Positions 47,245-58,218 of a stretch of 64,000 bases of DNA are shown in pieces. Origin of the DNA: an uncultured Desulfospira sp. (GTDB lineage: Bacteria; Desulfobacterota; Desulfobacteria; Desulfobacterales; Desulfobacteraceae). The translations under genes and the position numbers were made by a program. A model generated the notes under the pieces. The model was given only the letters and a program-made list of their open reading frames with translations, made no database searches and was not told the origin of the DNA. The DNA lies in assembly GCA_963663165.1 (NCBI GenBank), contig OY760175.1, positions 2,560,001 to 2,624,000 of the forward strand, given 5' to 3'. How positions within the stretch are numbered: position 1 is the stretch's first letter; every line of letters starts with the position of its first letter.

Positions 47245-47285
47245 CCGTTAAGGCTAACCGCTAACGGCTAAGAGCTAACCGCTAA
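47242..47285. repeat. Heptamer tandem repeat (NNGCTAA)n inside the bio operon
   Basis: CCGTTAA-GGCTAA-CCGCTAA-CGGCTAA-GAGCTAA-CCGCTAA. Confidence 0.75.
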
Positions 47286-47291
47286 AAACCC

Positions 47292-48032
47292 ATGCCCAAG
47301 CCATTACTGAGCATAGAAAATCTCACCCGGACCTTTGACCAGGGCAGCGGTATATTCAATGTCTCCTTAGATATTTTTCCCAATGATTTTATCATCCTGG
47401 CCGGCCGGAACGGGTCGGGCAAAACTACTTTGATCCGCCATTTCAACGGCCTGCTCAAGGCAGATACCGGGCAGGTCCGGTTCAACGGGCAGGATATCTT
47501 TGATGACCTGATCCTGGCCCGCAAAAAAATCGGCATGGTGTTTCAGGATCCGGATACCCAGATCATCGGGGATACCGTGTTTGACGAAACTGCCTTTGGG
47601 CTGGAAAATTTAAAAACCGCCCCGGACCGCATCCAGGCCAAGGTCACCCAGGCCCTGGACCGGCTCGGCCTGCTCCATTTAAAGGACCGGAACCCGTCCA
47701 CCCTTTCGGGGGGGGAAAAACGGCGGCTGGCCATTGCCGGCATCCTGGTCATGGAGCCGGATCTTATTGTGTTTGACGAACCCTTTGCCAACCTTGATTA
47801 CCCGGCCACCCTGGCCCTATCCGAGCTCTGCAGGGATCTGAACCGGGCCGGCCACGCCATTGTCATGGCCACCCATGATGTAGACCCGGTCATGACCATG
47901 GCCACAAGAACCATTATCATGGGAAAGGGCCAAATTGTGGCAGACGGCCAGACCGGATCACTGGTGGACCAGCTGGAATCCTGGGGAATAAAAAATCCTT
48001 TCAAGCCCATGGCCCTGGAATGCCGGCCATGA
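47292..48032 (+). CDS. ECF transporter ATPase (BioM-like)
   Basis: GRNGSGKT, LSGGE, FDEP. Confidence 0.92.
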   Translation: MPKPLLSIENLTRTFDQGSGIFNVSLDIFPNDFIILAGRNGSGKTTLIRHFNGLLKADTGQVRFNGQDIFDDLILARKKIGMVFQDPDTQIIGDTVFDETAFGLENLKTAPDRIQAKVTQALDRLGLLHLKDRNPSTLSGGEKRRLAIAGILVMEPDLIVFDEPFANLDYPATLALSELCRDLNRAGHAIVMATHDVDPVMTMATRTIIMGKGQIVADGQTGSLVDQLESWGIKNPFKPMALECRP

Positions 48033-48793
48033 CCCTTTTTGCCTATACCCCGGGACAGACCCTGTGCCACACCCTGGACGTCCGGTGCAAATGTGCCCTG
48101 GTCTGTCTGGTAAGCCTGACCCTGCTTAAGGCGCACCTTTGGGGCAACCTGGTCTGCCTGCTGGTTCTGATCGGTTTGCTTGACCGGCTCGGCCTGGGTC
48201 CTGCCAGGCTTGCCGGTCAACTGAAGTGGTTTCTTTTATTTCTGGCATTGATCGTTTTGTCCCGGTGGCTGGCCCTTCCCAAAGACCCCATGGTTTCGGT
48301 GTTCAACATCACCGGAACGGTTCAGGGCCTGATATCGGGCATGCTCATGGCCTTGCGCTTCTTGTCCATCATGCTCATGGGACTGGTTCTGACCGCCACC
48401 ACCCGGGCCATGGAAATCAAGGCCGCAGCCCAGTGGTTTTTAAAGCCGGTTCCCCTTGTCCCGGAAAAACGGGTCGCCGTCATGATCGGCCTTTCCTTAA
48501 GGTTTATCCCGCTGATCCTGAATCAGGCGGCGGAGGTTTCCCATGCTGTCAATTCCCGGTGCGGACACTTAAGAAAAAATCCGGCCCGCCGGATTTTTCT
48601 ATTTTCCTGGCCTTTGCTGAAAAAAACATTCCAGTCCGCCGAAAACATCAGCCTTGCCATGGATGCCCGGTGTTTCTGCGATGACCGGACAGATCCACAG
48701 TTCTGTCAGAACGGGAAAGAGGGCCTTGTGCTGGGGGCCGCCCTTGTGTTCTGTGCGGGGATTCTGCTGCTCAAAGACTTTACCGGGTGCTGA
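48029..48793 (+). CDS. ECF transporter T component (BioN/CbiQ-like)
   Basis: LRFIP, SRC and ARC motifs; TM segments. Confidence 0.9.
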   Translation: MTLFAYTPGQTLCHTLDVRCKCALVCLVSLTLLKAHLWGNLVCLLVLIGLLDRLGLGPARLAGQLKWFLLFLALIVLSRWLALPKDPMVSVFNITGTVQGLISGMLMALRFLSIMLMGLVLTATTRAMEIKAAAQWFLKPVPLVPEKRVAVMIGLSLRFIPLILNQAAEVSHAVNSRCGHLRKNPARRIFLFSWPLLKKTFQSAENISLAMDARCFCDDRTDPQFCQNGKEGLVLGAALVFCAGILLLKDFTGC

Positions 48794-48815
48794 CCCTCTT
48801 GCCCGCCACTGAGGT

Positions 48816-49355
48816 TCAGGCCGTCTCCCGGCCCCCGCACCGGTCATAAAACACCTTGTCATAGGGAAGGGATGCCTTTGAATGGCCTGCCTTTCTTTCA
48901 TCGGGATATCCAATGGCGATGATGGATGCCACGCTCCAGGTATCCGGTATTTCCAAAAGATCCTTAATGTAATCATCGGCTGATTTGAGTTCATCGTGCA
49001 TGCGCTTGCGGACCTGGCTCCAGCAGGACCCTAAGCCCAGATCTTCTGCGGCCAGCTGAATAAAAATAGCGGCAATGCTGGTATCTTCCACCCAGACATC
49101 ACTTTGGTCGGTATCGGCGCAGACCACCATGGCCAGGGGCGCTTTCCCAACAAAGGAGGCGCCGTGGGGCTTGGCCTTTGAGAGTTTTTCCAACAGGTCA
49201 GGATCTTCCACGATAATAAACCGCCAGGGGTTGATGCTGCGCGATGACGGGGACCGCAATGCCGCTTCAACAAGCTTTTCCCGAACTTCATGGGGTATTT
49301 TTTGGGATGTAAATTTCCGGATGCTTCGCCTTTTTTCAATCAGGTCAAAAAACAT
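48816..49355 (-). CDS. Nitroreductase-family protein
   Basis: RRSIRKF, SPS..INPW.F, LGLGSCW, IGYP. Confidence 0.92.
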   Translation of the reverse strand: MFFDLIEKRRSIRKFTSQKIPHEVREKLVEAALRSPSSRSINPWRFIIVEDPDLLEKLSKAKPHGASFVGKAPLAMVVCADTDQSDVWVEDTSIAAIFIQLAAEDLGLGSCWSQVRKRMHDELKSADDYIKDLLEIPDTWSVASIIAIGYPDERKAGHSKASLPYDKVFYDRCGGRETA

Positions 49356-49554
49356 GATGTTTGACTCCTTTTAAGTTGATATTTTAAATCAATGGTTGTT
49401 TTTTATAAAATAGACAGATAATGTCTACTTTAAATATGGTACGAACATATTTCTCCCATATAAACTAAAAATTCAACTTTATAGATGAAAAGGCTGTCAG
49501 GGCGATAAAGGCATTCCATGGTCTGATCTGAATGCCGCCGCTTGGAGAAAAAAA

Positions 49555-50418
49555 ATGAAAAAAGAATGGGGCTTGCCTTTCGGGTACCGGGCGTTTGCTT
49601 ATTTGCTGCCGGTTATCTGGCTGCTTTTCATTATTGAGCAGGGCATGGCCCAAGAAAAACGGGAATTATGGGTACACCCATACCTTCCGGCCACAGAAAT
49701 TATCAAAAAATTTTCTCCCCTGGCCGGTTATCTGAGCCAAAAAACCGGCCGGGCCATTCAGGTCAAGGTTTCCAAAACCTATCAGTCCCACATTGAAGCC
49801 GTTGGACAGGGCTGCATTGACATGGCTTATCTGGGCCCGGCCTCCTATGTCAAGCTTGTTCAAAATTACGGGAAACAACGGCTGCTGGCCTGCCTGGAAA
49901 TCAATGGGAAACCGTATTTTCACGGGATTATCGTGGCGAGAACAGATTCGCCCATCACCAGGCTTGAGCAGCTTGCCGGCAAACGGTTTGCTTTCAGTGA
50001 CCCCAATTCCACCATGGGCCACCTGGTTCCGCGATACATGTTATGGGAAAAAGGGGTTCCCATTGAGCAGCTAAACAAAGCCGACTTTTTAAATTCCCAC
50101 CACGATGTCGTTTTAGGGGTTTTGGGGGGATACTATGACGCCGGCGGTATAAAAGAAGAGGTATTTTACGAATACAAAGACCGGGGATTAAAACTGCTGG
50201 CCCAAAGCCCGCCCATTGCCGAACACCTCTTTGTGGCCGGTAAAAACCTTGAAATCTGTGCTGCTGAAGAAATTCGCGGGCTTCTGATCAACCTGAAGGA
50301 CAAACCGGTGCTGACCGCCATCAAACCAACGGTAACAGGGCTGGTCACCGTAACGGATGCCGACTATGCCACCCTGCGCCGGATCCTTGGGCAGTTCAAC
50401 AATCCCCCCCTGGAGTAA
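49555..50418 (+). CDS. PhnD-like periplasmic binding protein
   Basis: D.AYLGP.SYV, FAFSDPNSTMG.L.P, SHHDV. Confidence 0.85.
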   Translation: MKKEWGLPFGYRAFAYLLPVIWLLFIIEQGMAQEKRELWVHPYLPATEIIKKFSPLAGYLSQKTGRAIQVKVSKTYQSHIEAVGQGCIDMAYLGPASYVKLVQNYGKQRLLACLEINGKPYFHGIIVARTDSPITRLEQLAGKRFAFSDPNSTMGHLVPRYMLWEKGVPIEQLNKADFLNSHHDVVLGVLGGYYDAGGIKEEVFYEYKDRGLKLLAQSPPIAEHLFVAGKNLEICAAEEIRGLLINLKDKPVLTAIKPTVTGLVTVTDADYATLRRILGQFNNPPLE

Positions 50419-50424
50419 ACCGCC

Positions 50425-52554
50425 ATGACCAAAAAATTTACATATCCCAAAGCCATTATCGCATTTATCACCACATTTGCGCTTTTTCTGGTTGCCATGG
50501 ACGTGCTGCTGGTTTTACAGGAAAAGAAAGAACTTTATATGGCATTTGACCATCAGGCACAAAATGAACTGGCCCTTATCGGCACCTTTGTCACAGAGCC
50601 TTTGTTGAAGCGTCAATATGCCGTTGTGGAACAGGTTCTCCTTCAATGGGGTGAAAAAAAGCCGGAAATTATATCCCTGGAAGCCTTTTCCCCTGAAAAA
50701 TATTCCCTTGCCAGGTTTGACCGCCCTGCCCTTCAAACCGCGGGCAGGTCTTATAAACAGGGGATCACCTTTATGGACCGCGACCTGCTTGAGCTGGTGC
50801 TTGAAAAAGATTCATCGGCCATTGAATTCCATCTAAAAGAATTCCAGCGCCATCTTATTTTCAGGTCTTTTTTTGCCCTGGGCGTTTTTGGAATTATTTT
50901 ATGGGTTATCCTCAGACAGTTTGCCTTAAAACCATTGGAAAAGGAAGTCAAACGGCGTCAACAGGTTGAAAGCGAGCTTAAAAAAAACCATGAGCATTTG
51001 GAATCAACAGTGAATCAAAGGACATTGGAGCTTTCAACCCAGAGAGAACGCCTTTCCGTTACCTTGCGAAGTATCGGCGACGGCGTCATCACCACCGATG
51101 TTAATGGCCGGATCGCCTTGATCAATAAAATGGCAGAGGACCTGACCGGCTGGCAGAATGAAGAGGCCGCAGGTCAGCCCTTAGGCAAGGTATTCAACAT
51201 AATCAATACAAAAACCGGGGAGCCCTGCGAAAGCCCTGTTCACGAAGTGACGGCCACCGGCCGGATTGCCGGACATGCCAACCACCGGGCACTTCTGGCC
51301 AAAGACGGTTCCAAACGAAGCATTGCGGACAGCGGGGCACCGATTAAGGACAAAGAAGGCCGGATCATCGGGATCGTAGTGGTTTTCAGGGATATAACAG
51401 ACCAGCTGCGCATGGAACAGGAGCTGGCCAAAGTTGAAAAGCTCAAATCCATTGGTGTTCTTGCCGGCGGCATTGCCCATGATTTTAATAATATCCTGGC
51501 TGCGGTCCTGGGAAACCTGGACCTGGCTGCCCTTGACGACAGCTTAAATGAAACCACCAAAGAACTGCTGATAAAGGCGGAAAAAGCGTCATTGCGGGCA
51601 AAGAACCTGACCCAGCAGCTGCTGACCTTTTCCAGGGGGGGGGAACCGGTAACGGAAGTATCGAGTCTGGAAAATATCATTAAGGATTCCGCCGGATTTG
51701 TCCTGCACGGCCATAAAGTCAATTGCCGGTTTGACATTCCTGAAGACCTGTGGCTGGTTGATGTTGACAAAGGACAAATCAGCCAGGTCATCCAGAATAT
51801 AGTTTTAAATGCCGGCCATGCCATGCCTGACGGCGGAACCATTGCGATCAGCTGCGCCAATACGGTGCTGGAAACAGGACTTGGGCTGCCGCTGCCCCAG
51901 GGCAAATATGTAACACTTTGTATTAAAGACACCGGGACCGGTATTCCGGGTGACGTGATAGGGAATATATTTGATCCATATTTTTCAACAAAAGCGGAGG
52001 GCAGCGGACTTGGGCTTGCCATCACCCATTCCATCATTGCAAAGCATGGCGGACATATTTTTGCAGACTCCGAACCGGGAGCAGGGACCACCTTTACCAT
52101 CTATCTTCCCAGGTCGGTACAGAAAAAAAAGCCTGACCCGGAACGGCCTGCCAAAAGGGCGGTACCGTCCAAGGCGACCATCCTGCTGATGGATGATGAA
52201 GAAATGGTTAGGTCAGCGGTCAAGGGAATGCTGACCCGGTTAGGCCATGACGTCGTGACTTGTAAAACCGGAGAAGAAGCCATAGCACTTTATTGCAAAG
52301 GCGTGGAGACCCACCATTATTTTGATCTGGTGATCATGGATCTCACCATTCCGGGCGGCATGGGAGGAGAGCAGGCCGCCCGGGAAATTCTTAAAATTGA
52401 CCCGGCCGCCCGGCTGATTGTGTCCAGCGGTTATTCCAACAATCCGGTGATGGCATCCCATCAGGCCTATGGATTTTCAGCGGCCATTGTCAAACCCTAC
52501 CTGCTCCGGGAATTATCCGACACCCTGGACCAGGTGCTGGGCCAAGACCCTTAA
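50425..52554 (+). CDS. Hybrid sensor kinase (PAS-HisKA-HATPase-REC)
   Basis: SIGDGVI, AHDFNNIL, DTGTGI, GSGLGL, MDDE..MDLTIP. Confidence 0.93.
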   Translation: MTKKFTYPKAIIAFITTFALFLVAMDVLLVLQEKKELYMAFDHQAQNELALIGTFVTEPLLKRQYAVVEQVLLQWGEKKPEIISLEAFSPEKYSLARFDRPALQTAGRSYKQGITFMDRDLLELVLEKDSSAIEFHLKEFQRHLIFRSFFALGVFGIILWVILRQFALKPLEKEVKRRQQVESELKKNHEHLESTVNQRTLELSTQRERLSVTLRSIGDGVITTDVNGRIALINKMAEDLTGWQNEEAAGQPLGKVFNIINTKTGEPCESPVHEVTATGRIAGHANHRALLAKDGSKRSIADSGAPIKDKEGRIIGIVVVFRDITDQLRMEQELAKVEKLKSIGVLAGGIAHDFNNILAAVLGNLDLAALDDSLNETTKELLIKAEKASLRAKNLTQQLLTFSRGGEPVTEVSSLENIIKDSAGFVLHGHKVNCRFDIPEDLWLVDVDKGQISQVIQNIVLNAGHAMPDGGTIAISCANTVLETGLGLPLPQGKYVTLCIKDTGTGIPGDVIGNIFDPYFSTKAEGSGLGLAITHSIIAKHGGHIFADSEPGAGTTFTIYLPRSVQKKKPDPERPAKRAVPSKATILLMDDEEMVRSAVKGMLTRLGHDVVTCKTGEEAIALYCKGVETHHYFDLVIMDLTIPGGMGGEQAAREILKIDPAARLIVSSGYSNNPVMASHQAYGFSAAIVKPYLLRELSDTLDQVLGQDP

Positions 52555-52565
52555 CCCGTTAACAG

Positions 52566-53360
52566 TCACCGGTTCTTAAGAATATGTTCGGCGATCTGGG
52601 CAAATCCGATCCCCCCCTCCCCTTTTGTGACAAACCCGGGTTTCACCCTGAGCCGATCTTCAAAATTCAAAATATTGCTCACACCAATGGAAATTGGGAA
52701 ATACCCAAACATGGGTTCGTCATTGGGAGAATCGCCACAGAAAACACATCTGTTTTTTTCTTTGTCCAGGTCCATGCCCCAAAGCCGGGCGGCCATTTTC
52801 CGGGTCATGTCCAGTTTATTGTATCTTCCGAACCAGCCGTTCACATGAATGGAAGAGACCTTGTATGTGGCCCCGTGATTTTCAAAAATCCGGCATATCC
52901 TGTCAATCTGTTCTTTTCCAAGGGGTGGGACATCTTCACAAAAATCAATGGCCAGGTCAGACTCCCTGTAGTGCTGATCCGATGCAATACCAGACCCGGG
53001 GATTGAGGCCAGGATTTCTGTTTTGATGCGGTCCAGACGCTGACGTTTTTCCATGCGGACTGCGGGTTCATCATGAAAACTGGTTTTAAAAACGCCTGTT
53101 TCGGGATCACACCAAAAGAAAAAGGCCCCGTTTTCCCCGACCACCGCATCAACCGGCCACATCCGGGCAATATGATCGCACCACCCGGCAGGCCTGCCGG
53201 TGATGGGCACCAGAAGAATGCCGGCATCTTTTAAATGCCAGAGTGCGGTATAGGCCTCGGGCAGAATTTTGCTGTGAAATGAAAAGGTGTCGTCTATGTC
53301 AAAAAACAGGGCATTGACCTGTTTAATCTGATCTGGCCCAAGTTGCTGGAGGGGTTTCAT
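52566..53360 (-). CDS. HAD-IIB family phosphatase
   Basis: DIDDT, ITGR, GDSPND. Confidence 0.88.
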   Translation of the reverse strand: MKPLQQLGPDQIKQVNALFFDIDDTFSFHSKILPEAYTALWHLKDAGILLVPITGRPAGWCDHIARMWPVDAVVGENGAFFFWCDPETGVFKTSFHDEPAVRMEKRQRLDRIKTEILASIPGSGIASDQHYRESDLAIDFCEDVPPLGKEQIDRICRIFENHGATYKVSSIHVNGWFGRYNKLDMTRKMAARLWGMDLDKEKNRCVFCGDSPNDEPMFGYFPISIGVSNILNFEDRLRVKPGFVTKGEGGIGFAQIAEHILKNR

Positions 53361-53764
53361 GGTTTAATTTCTCTTTTTTTGGATGTTTGTTTATGAACTA
53401 TTTTATTAATTTTTTATTGCATTTATATCTTTATCTTCGATTTTATTCAATTTCTTTTTTAATTTTTCATTATTCACCATACAACTTAATATACAACTTA
53501 ATTTAAAAGCGAAAATTTAAATATGAAGTAACAAAACCATTCGTTCTTCCAATTTTTCCGAAAAAATTATTTTTTACGTTAGCACAGCAATTTACCATTG
53601 ACTTATTAAGTATTTATATAAATAATCGAAAGCGTTGGCGGTGAGTCAATTTGACAAATCAGTTTTTGGGGGATGAATGCCAAACCATAAACCATATTTT
53701 CGAAATTGTTCGTTTTGGCGCCATGGCCACACCATGGCGGCCCAATAGATTAAGGTCAATTTAC

Positions 53765-54418
53765 ATGTTTAAATTTTTATTTAGAAAAGAGCACCGGGTT
53801 GAGAAACTGATATTCAACTATCTTGATGCGTATCGCCTTGTTTTGGAAAGTTTCAGTAAAGCCCTGGTGTCATGCATTACCAGCAGCCAGTGCGAAGAAG
53901 AGTTTGATTTTCTCATGGAACAGACCCATAAATACGAGTCCAGGGCGGATGATATCAAGGACAAAATCAACAACCTCATGTTCAGTAAAGCCTTAATCCC
54001 GGATTCCAGAGGGGATATCATGACCCTGCTCATCGCTTTGGACAAAATCCCCCATATCGTGGAGCGAACCCTTTTTATCATCCGGTACCAGGGGATAGTT
54101 ATTCCCCCCATATTTTTTGAAGACCTGGAGACCATGATCCAGATCAGTGTTGAATCATGCCATCTGCTTTCCAGGCAGGTTGAGCTGTTTATCAAAAATG
54201 AGGAGGGCACCCGGTCCATTTTGGGGACCATTGACACCAATGAAAGCCGGTGCGACCATATTGAGCGCAGAATGATATCCCAGCTGTTCAGCTCAGACAT
54301 CGATCCGTTTTGCAAGCTTCAGTTAAAAGAACTGATACTGATTGTCGGAGATCTGTCGGATCAGGCCGATAAGGTTTCCAAACTGGTGAACATTCTGACC
54401 CTGAAAAGGAGGGTTTGA
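53765..54418 (+). CDS. DUF47 (PhoU-like) phosphate transport regulator
   Basis: ES.ADD and ES.CD repeats, R.DI; directly upstream of PiT. Confidence 0.85.
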   Translation: MFKFLFRKEHRVEKLIFNYLDAYRLVLESFSKALVSCITSSQCEEEFDFLMEQTHKYESRADDIKDKINNLMFSKALIPDSRGDIMTLLIALDKIPHIVERTLFIIRYQGIVIPPIFFEDLETMIQISVESCHLLSRQVELFIKNEEGTRSILGTIDTNESRCDHIERRMISQLFSSDIDPFCKLQLKELILIVGDLSDQADKVSKLVNILTLKRRV

Positions 54419-55356
54419 TGGTTTCGCTCCTGGGCGGCATATTCTTAGGCTGGTCCCTGGGAGCCAATGATGCCTCCAACATCATCGGCACTGCCGTATC
54501 CTCAAAGATGCTGCGCTTCTGGTATGCCGCCGGCCTGGCCGCCCTGTTCTGCATTCTGGGGGCACTGATTTCCGGGAAAGCCGGCATTGAGACTTTAAAA
54601 GGCCTGACATCCCTTAATATGCACCAGGCCGTCATCTCATCGGTTTCTGCGGCCATAACCGTTACGGCCATGACCATTTTCGGACTGCCCGTGTCCACGT
54701 CCCAATCCGTGGTGGGCGCCATCATCGGCATGGGCATTCTGAACCACGAGCTGAACGGGGCGGGCCTTGGAAAGGTCGTCATCTGCTGGTTTGGAACACC
54801 CGTGGGCGGACTTCTGATCACCCTGATGCTGTATAAATGCCTGGCCTTTTTTTACAACCAGCTTCCCATATCCCTGTTTAATTCAGACCGTCTGCTCAGG
54901 GGAGGGTTGGTTTTGTCGGCGGCCTACGGGGCATATGTCCTCGGGGCCAACAATGTCGCCAATGTAACCGCTGTTTTTGTCAGTGCCGGAATGTTGTCGG
55001 TATCCATGGCCGCGCTCATCGGGGGCACCAGCATTGCCCTGGGAATTCTGACCTACAGCAAGCCGGTGGTGGCGACCGTGGGAAGCAAACTGGTCAACCT
55101 GGATCCTTTTTCAGCCCTGGTCGTGTCCCTTTCCCTTGCCATCACCATCCACATATACACCGTGGTGGGGGTACCGGTATCCAGTTCACAGGCCGTCATC
55201 GGCAGCGTCCTTGGCATCGGGGTGGTCAAAGGGGCCCGGACCGTCCGCCTCAAGACATTGAGCCGGATCGTCGTGGCCTGGTTTTTCACCCCCATGGTGG
55301 CCTGTTTGATTGCCTTGTTCATTACATTTGTTTCAAGACTTCGCTACATAGGGTAA
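54418..55356 (+). CDS. PiT-family inorganic phosphate transporter
   Basis: GANDASN, GANNVAN, PVSTSQ, PVSSSQ. Confidence 0.92.
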   Translation: MVSLLGGIFLGWSLGANDASNIIGTAVSSKMLRFWYAAGLAALFCILGALISGKAGIETLKGLTSLNMHQAVISSVSAAITVTAMTIFGLPVSTSQSVVGAIIGMGILNHELNGAGLGKVVICWFGTPVGGLLITLMLYKCLAFFYNQLPISLFNSDRLLRGGLVLSAAYGAYVLGANNVANVTAVFVSAGMLSVSMAALIGGTSIALGILTYSKPVVATVGSKLVNLDPFSALVVSLSLAITIHIYTVVGVPVSSSQAVIGSVLGIGVVKGARTVRLKTLSRIVVAWFFTPMVACLIALFITFVSRLRYIG

Positions 55357-55390
55357 CATATATGAAACCAAAAACTTTGGGAAAGCCGCA

Positions 55391-56935
55391 GTGGAAACTC
55401 AGGTTTTAATCATAGGCGCCGGCTGTACCGGCACCGGCATTGCCAGGGACCTGGCCTTACGGGGAATCAACTGTATTCTCATTGACCAAAAAGATATCAA
55501 TGCCGGGGCGTCCGGGGCCAACCACGGCCTGCTCCATTCCGGGGCCAGATACCTGTCCAAGGACGGGGAGACCGCGGCAGAGTGCCGGGACGAAAACCGG
55601 CTGTTAAAGCGCCTGGCCCCCCAGTGCATTGAAGACACCGGCGGCCTGTTTGTGGCCACGGCCCAGGATGATGATCAGTATATTGCCGATTTTGAGCAGC
55701 TGGCCGGACAATACCATCTGCCCTGCACCCGTGTCAGCCCTGAGGAGGCCCTGGAAAAAGAACCCTGTCTTGCACCGGACATCAAGGCCGCCTTTGAAGT
55801 CGAAGATGCGGTGGTGGATCCTTTTAAACTCAGCCTGGACAATGCCGCCCATGCCCAGTCCCTGGGTACCCGGATACTGACAAACACCCAAATTGAGGGG
55901 TTTGACCTTCACAAGGGCCGGATCCAGGCGGCCCGGGTGGTCAATACCCGGACCGGGGAACCCCTTGCCATTCAGGCCCTGGAATTTGTCAATGCCGCCG
56001 GCGCCTGGGCCGACTGCGTTTCTGCCATGGCCGGTGCCCACATTCCCATGAGCTATTCAAAAGGCGCTTTGCTCATTACCCAGAGCCGCATCAGCCAGCG
56101 GGTGATCAACCGGCTGCGCCCCCCGTCAGACGGCGATATCCTGGTGCCCGGCGGCACCGTCTCCATTATCGGCACCACCTCAGTCACCATCCCATCATTA
56201 GACGACATCCGGCCCACCCGAGAGGAGGTGGACACCATTATCAGGGAAGGTTCCATCATGGTGCCCAAACTTGCCACCACCGGCTACATCCGGGCTTATG
56301 CCGGGGTACGTCCCCTGGTGGGCGCATCCGGGAAAGGCCTTGGCCGGAACATTTCCAGAAATTACACTTTAAAAACCCATGAAGCTGACGGGCTTGAGAA
56401 CCTGACCACCATCACCGGCGGCAAACTGACCACCTTTCGGCTGATGGCGGAAAAAGCCTCGGACATTGTGGCCCGCCGCCTGAAAAACCCCAATCCATGC
56501 CTGACCGCCATACAGCCCCTGCCCTGCAGCGCCAAGGGGGAGTGGACCGAACCCGGGTATTCCGGCCGGGTCTGGATGAAAAAGCCGGAACCCCGGGACA
56601 CGCTGATCTGCGAATGCGAGATGGTGTCTGAAGAAGCCGTGGACCAGATGGTGGAAAACCTAAAAAATGAAGGGACCGAGCCCACCTTAGAGGAAATCGG
56701 ACGGCGCAGCCGGATCGGCAAAGGCCCCTGCCAGGGCAGTTTCTGCTCCTTTCGACTGGCCGCCTACCTTTACCGGAAAGGGCATTTGTCCGGAACCCAG
56801 GGAATCGGCCAGGTCAGGGCCTTTGTAAACGAACGCTGGAAAGGCGTCATGCCCCTGGTCAGGGACAAGGAGCTTGCAAGAATCGAACTTCAGGAAGCCT
56901 TTTTATGCGGCCTGTTCGGAATGGAGGAACCATGA
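55391..56935 (+). CDS. glpA: Anaerobic glycerol-3-phosphate dehydrogenase subunit A
   Basis: GAGCTG, GASGANHGLLHSGARY, GGKLTT, ICECE..GPCQGSFC. Confidence 0.93.
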   Translation: METQVLIIGAGCTGTGIARDLALRGINCILIDQKDINAGASGANHGLLHSGARYLSKDGETAAECRDENRLLKRLAPQCIEDTGGLFVATAQDDDQYIADFEQLAGQYHLPCTRVSPEEALEKEPCLAPDIKAAFEVEDAVVDPFKLSLDNAAHAQSLGTRILTNTQIEGFDLHKGRIQAARVVNTRTGEPLAIQALEFVNAAGAWADCVSAMAGAHIPMSYSKGALLITQSRISQRVINRLRPPSDGDILVPGGTVSIIGTTSVTIPSLDDIRPTREEVDTIIREGSIMVPKLATTGYIRAYAGVRPLVGASGKGLGRNISRNYTLKTHEADGLENLTTITGGKLTTFRLMAEKASDIVARRLKNPNPCLTAIQPLPCSAKGEWTEPGYSGRVWMKKPEPRDTLICECEMVSEEAVDQMVENLKNEGTEPTLEEIGRRSRIGKGPCQGSFCSFRLAAYLYRKGHLSGTQGIGQVRAFVNERWKGVMPLVRDKELARIELQEAFLCGLFGMEEP

Positions 56936-58218
56936 CATCCCCGACACCGGAACCAGACCTTACCCACTGCACCCTGGCCGTCATCGGATCGGGAACCGCC
57001 GGTATGGCCGCCGCCATCTTTGCCGCCCAAAAAGGCCTTTCAACGGTCCTGGTGGGGCAACCGGCACAACTTTCTTTCTCCTCGGGCTGCCTGGATCTGT
57101 TTGCCTGCATCCCGGGAAAGCCCGCCCAGTGGTTTGACGATCCTTTTAAAGGGATTGCCGCGCTGATTAAACAGAACCCGGGCCATCCCTATGCCAAAGT
57201 TTCCAGAAAAGAGATTGAAACCGGTTTTAAACAATTTATCCAATTTATGGAAATGGCCGGGATCAGCTTTTCATGCACCCCGGATCAAAATCAGAAGATT
57301 ATTACCCCGGCCGGAACCTTAAAATCCACCCTTTGCGTCCCTGCATCCATGGCCGCCGGAGCCCGGGCACTGGCCCAAAAAGAGCGGATACTCATCGCTG
57401 ATATTCCAGGGCTTAAAGGATTTGGCGCCCTGCAGATGGCCGATACTTTAAAACTGACTCATCCGGCGGTCACCAGTGTTTCCATTGAATTTCCAGGCAG
57501 ACAGAACCAGGGCGACCTCATGTGCGAACGTTTAGGGTGGGACCTGGACACCCCGCAGGTGGTGGACCAGTTTATCGAAAGCCTTGTCCCCCATGTCTCA
57601 TCCTGCGACACTGTGGGCCTGCCCGCTATCCTGGGGGTTCACCGGTTTGAGGCGTTAAGGGAAAAAATTGAACAGGGTCTTGGCCGGGCCGTATTTGAAA
57701 TCCCCACCCTGTCCCCTTCCGTTACCGGAATGCGCACCTGGGCCGCCTTTCAGGATCAAATACGCAACACCCAATTCCGCCAATTCCAGGACCTGGTGAA
57801 AACCGTCACCATAGACAACAGCCAAGGATTTTCCTTTAAGGTTAAAAACGGGGACAAACTGACGGTCATCCGTTCCAAATACCTGATTCTGGCCACAGGC
57901 CGGTTTTTAGGCCGGGGGCTGACAGCGGACGCCTCAGGCCGGATCAAAGAGAGCCTTTTCAACCTGCCGGTATCACAGCCCCGGGACCGCTCCGGCTGGT
58001 TTGAAGCTGATTTTTTCAACCCGGGCGGTCATCCGGTAAACCGGGCCGGCATTGAAACCGACGAAAACTTCAGGCCCCTGGATCAGGACGGAAACTGTTT
58101 CCACCCCAACCTTTATGCTGCAGGTGCCATCCTGGCCCACCAGGACTGGAAACGGGAAAAATCCGGCTCCGGCATCTCCATTGCTTCAGCCTTTAAGGCG
58201 GTCTCCCGGATGGATTGA
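56932..58218 (+). CDS. glpB: Anaerobic glycerol-3-phosphate dehydrogenase subunit B
   Basis: GSGTAG, SSGCLD, EIPTLSPS..G.R, LATGRF, SGSGIS. Confidence 0.9.
   Translation: MTSPTPEPDLTHCTLAVIGSGTAGMAAAIFAAQKGLSTVLVGQPAQLSFSSGCLDLFACIPGKPAQWFDDPFKGIAALIKQNPGHPYAKVSRKEIETGFKQFIQFMEMAGISFSCTPDQNQKIITPAGTLKSTLCVPASMAAGARALAQKERILIADIPGLKGFGALQMADTLKLTHPAVTSVSIEFPGRQNQGDLMCERLGWDLDTPQVVDQFIESLVPHVSSCDTVGLPAILGVHRFEALREKIEQGLGRAVFEIPTLSPSVTGMRTWAAFQDQIRNTQFRQFQDLVKTVTIDNSQGFSFKVKNGDKLTVIRSKYLILATGRFLGRGLTADASGRIKESLFNLPVSQPRDRSGWFEADFFNPGGHPVNRAGIETDENFRPLDQDGNCFHPNLYAAGAILAHQDWKREKSGSGISIASAFKAVSRMD

Noticed and set aside
15771..52100. Long antisense ORFs (e.g. 15771-16634, 40462-41085, 51240-52100)
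   Set aside because: Shadows of well-supported genes with no recognisable motifs
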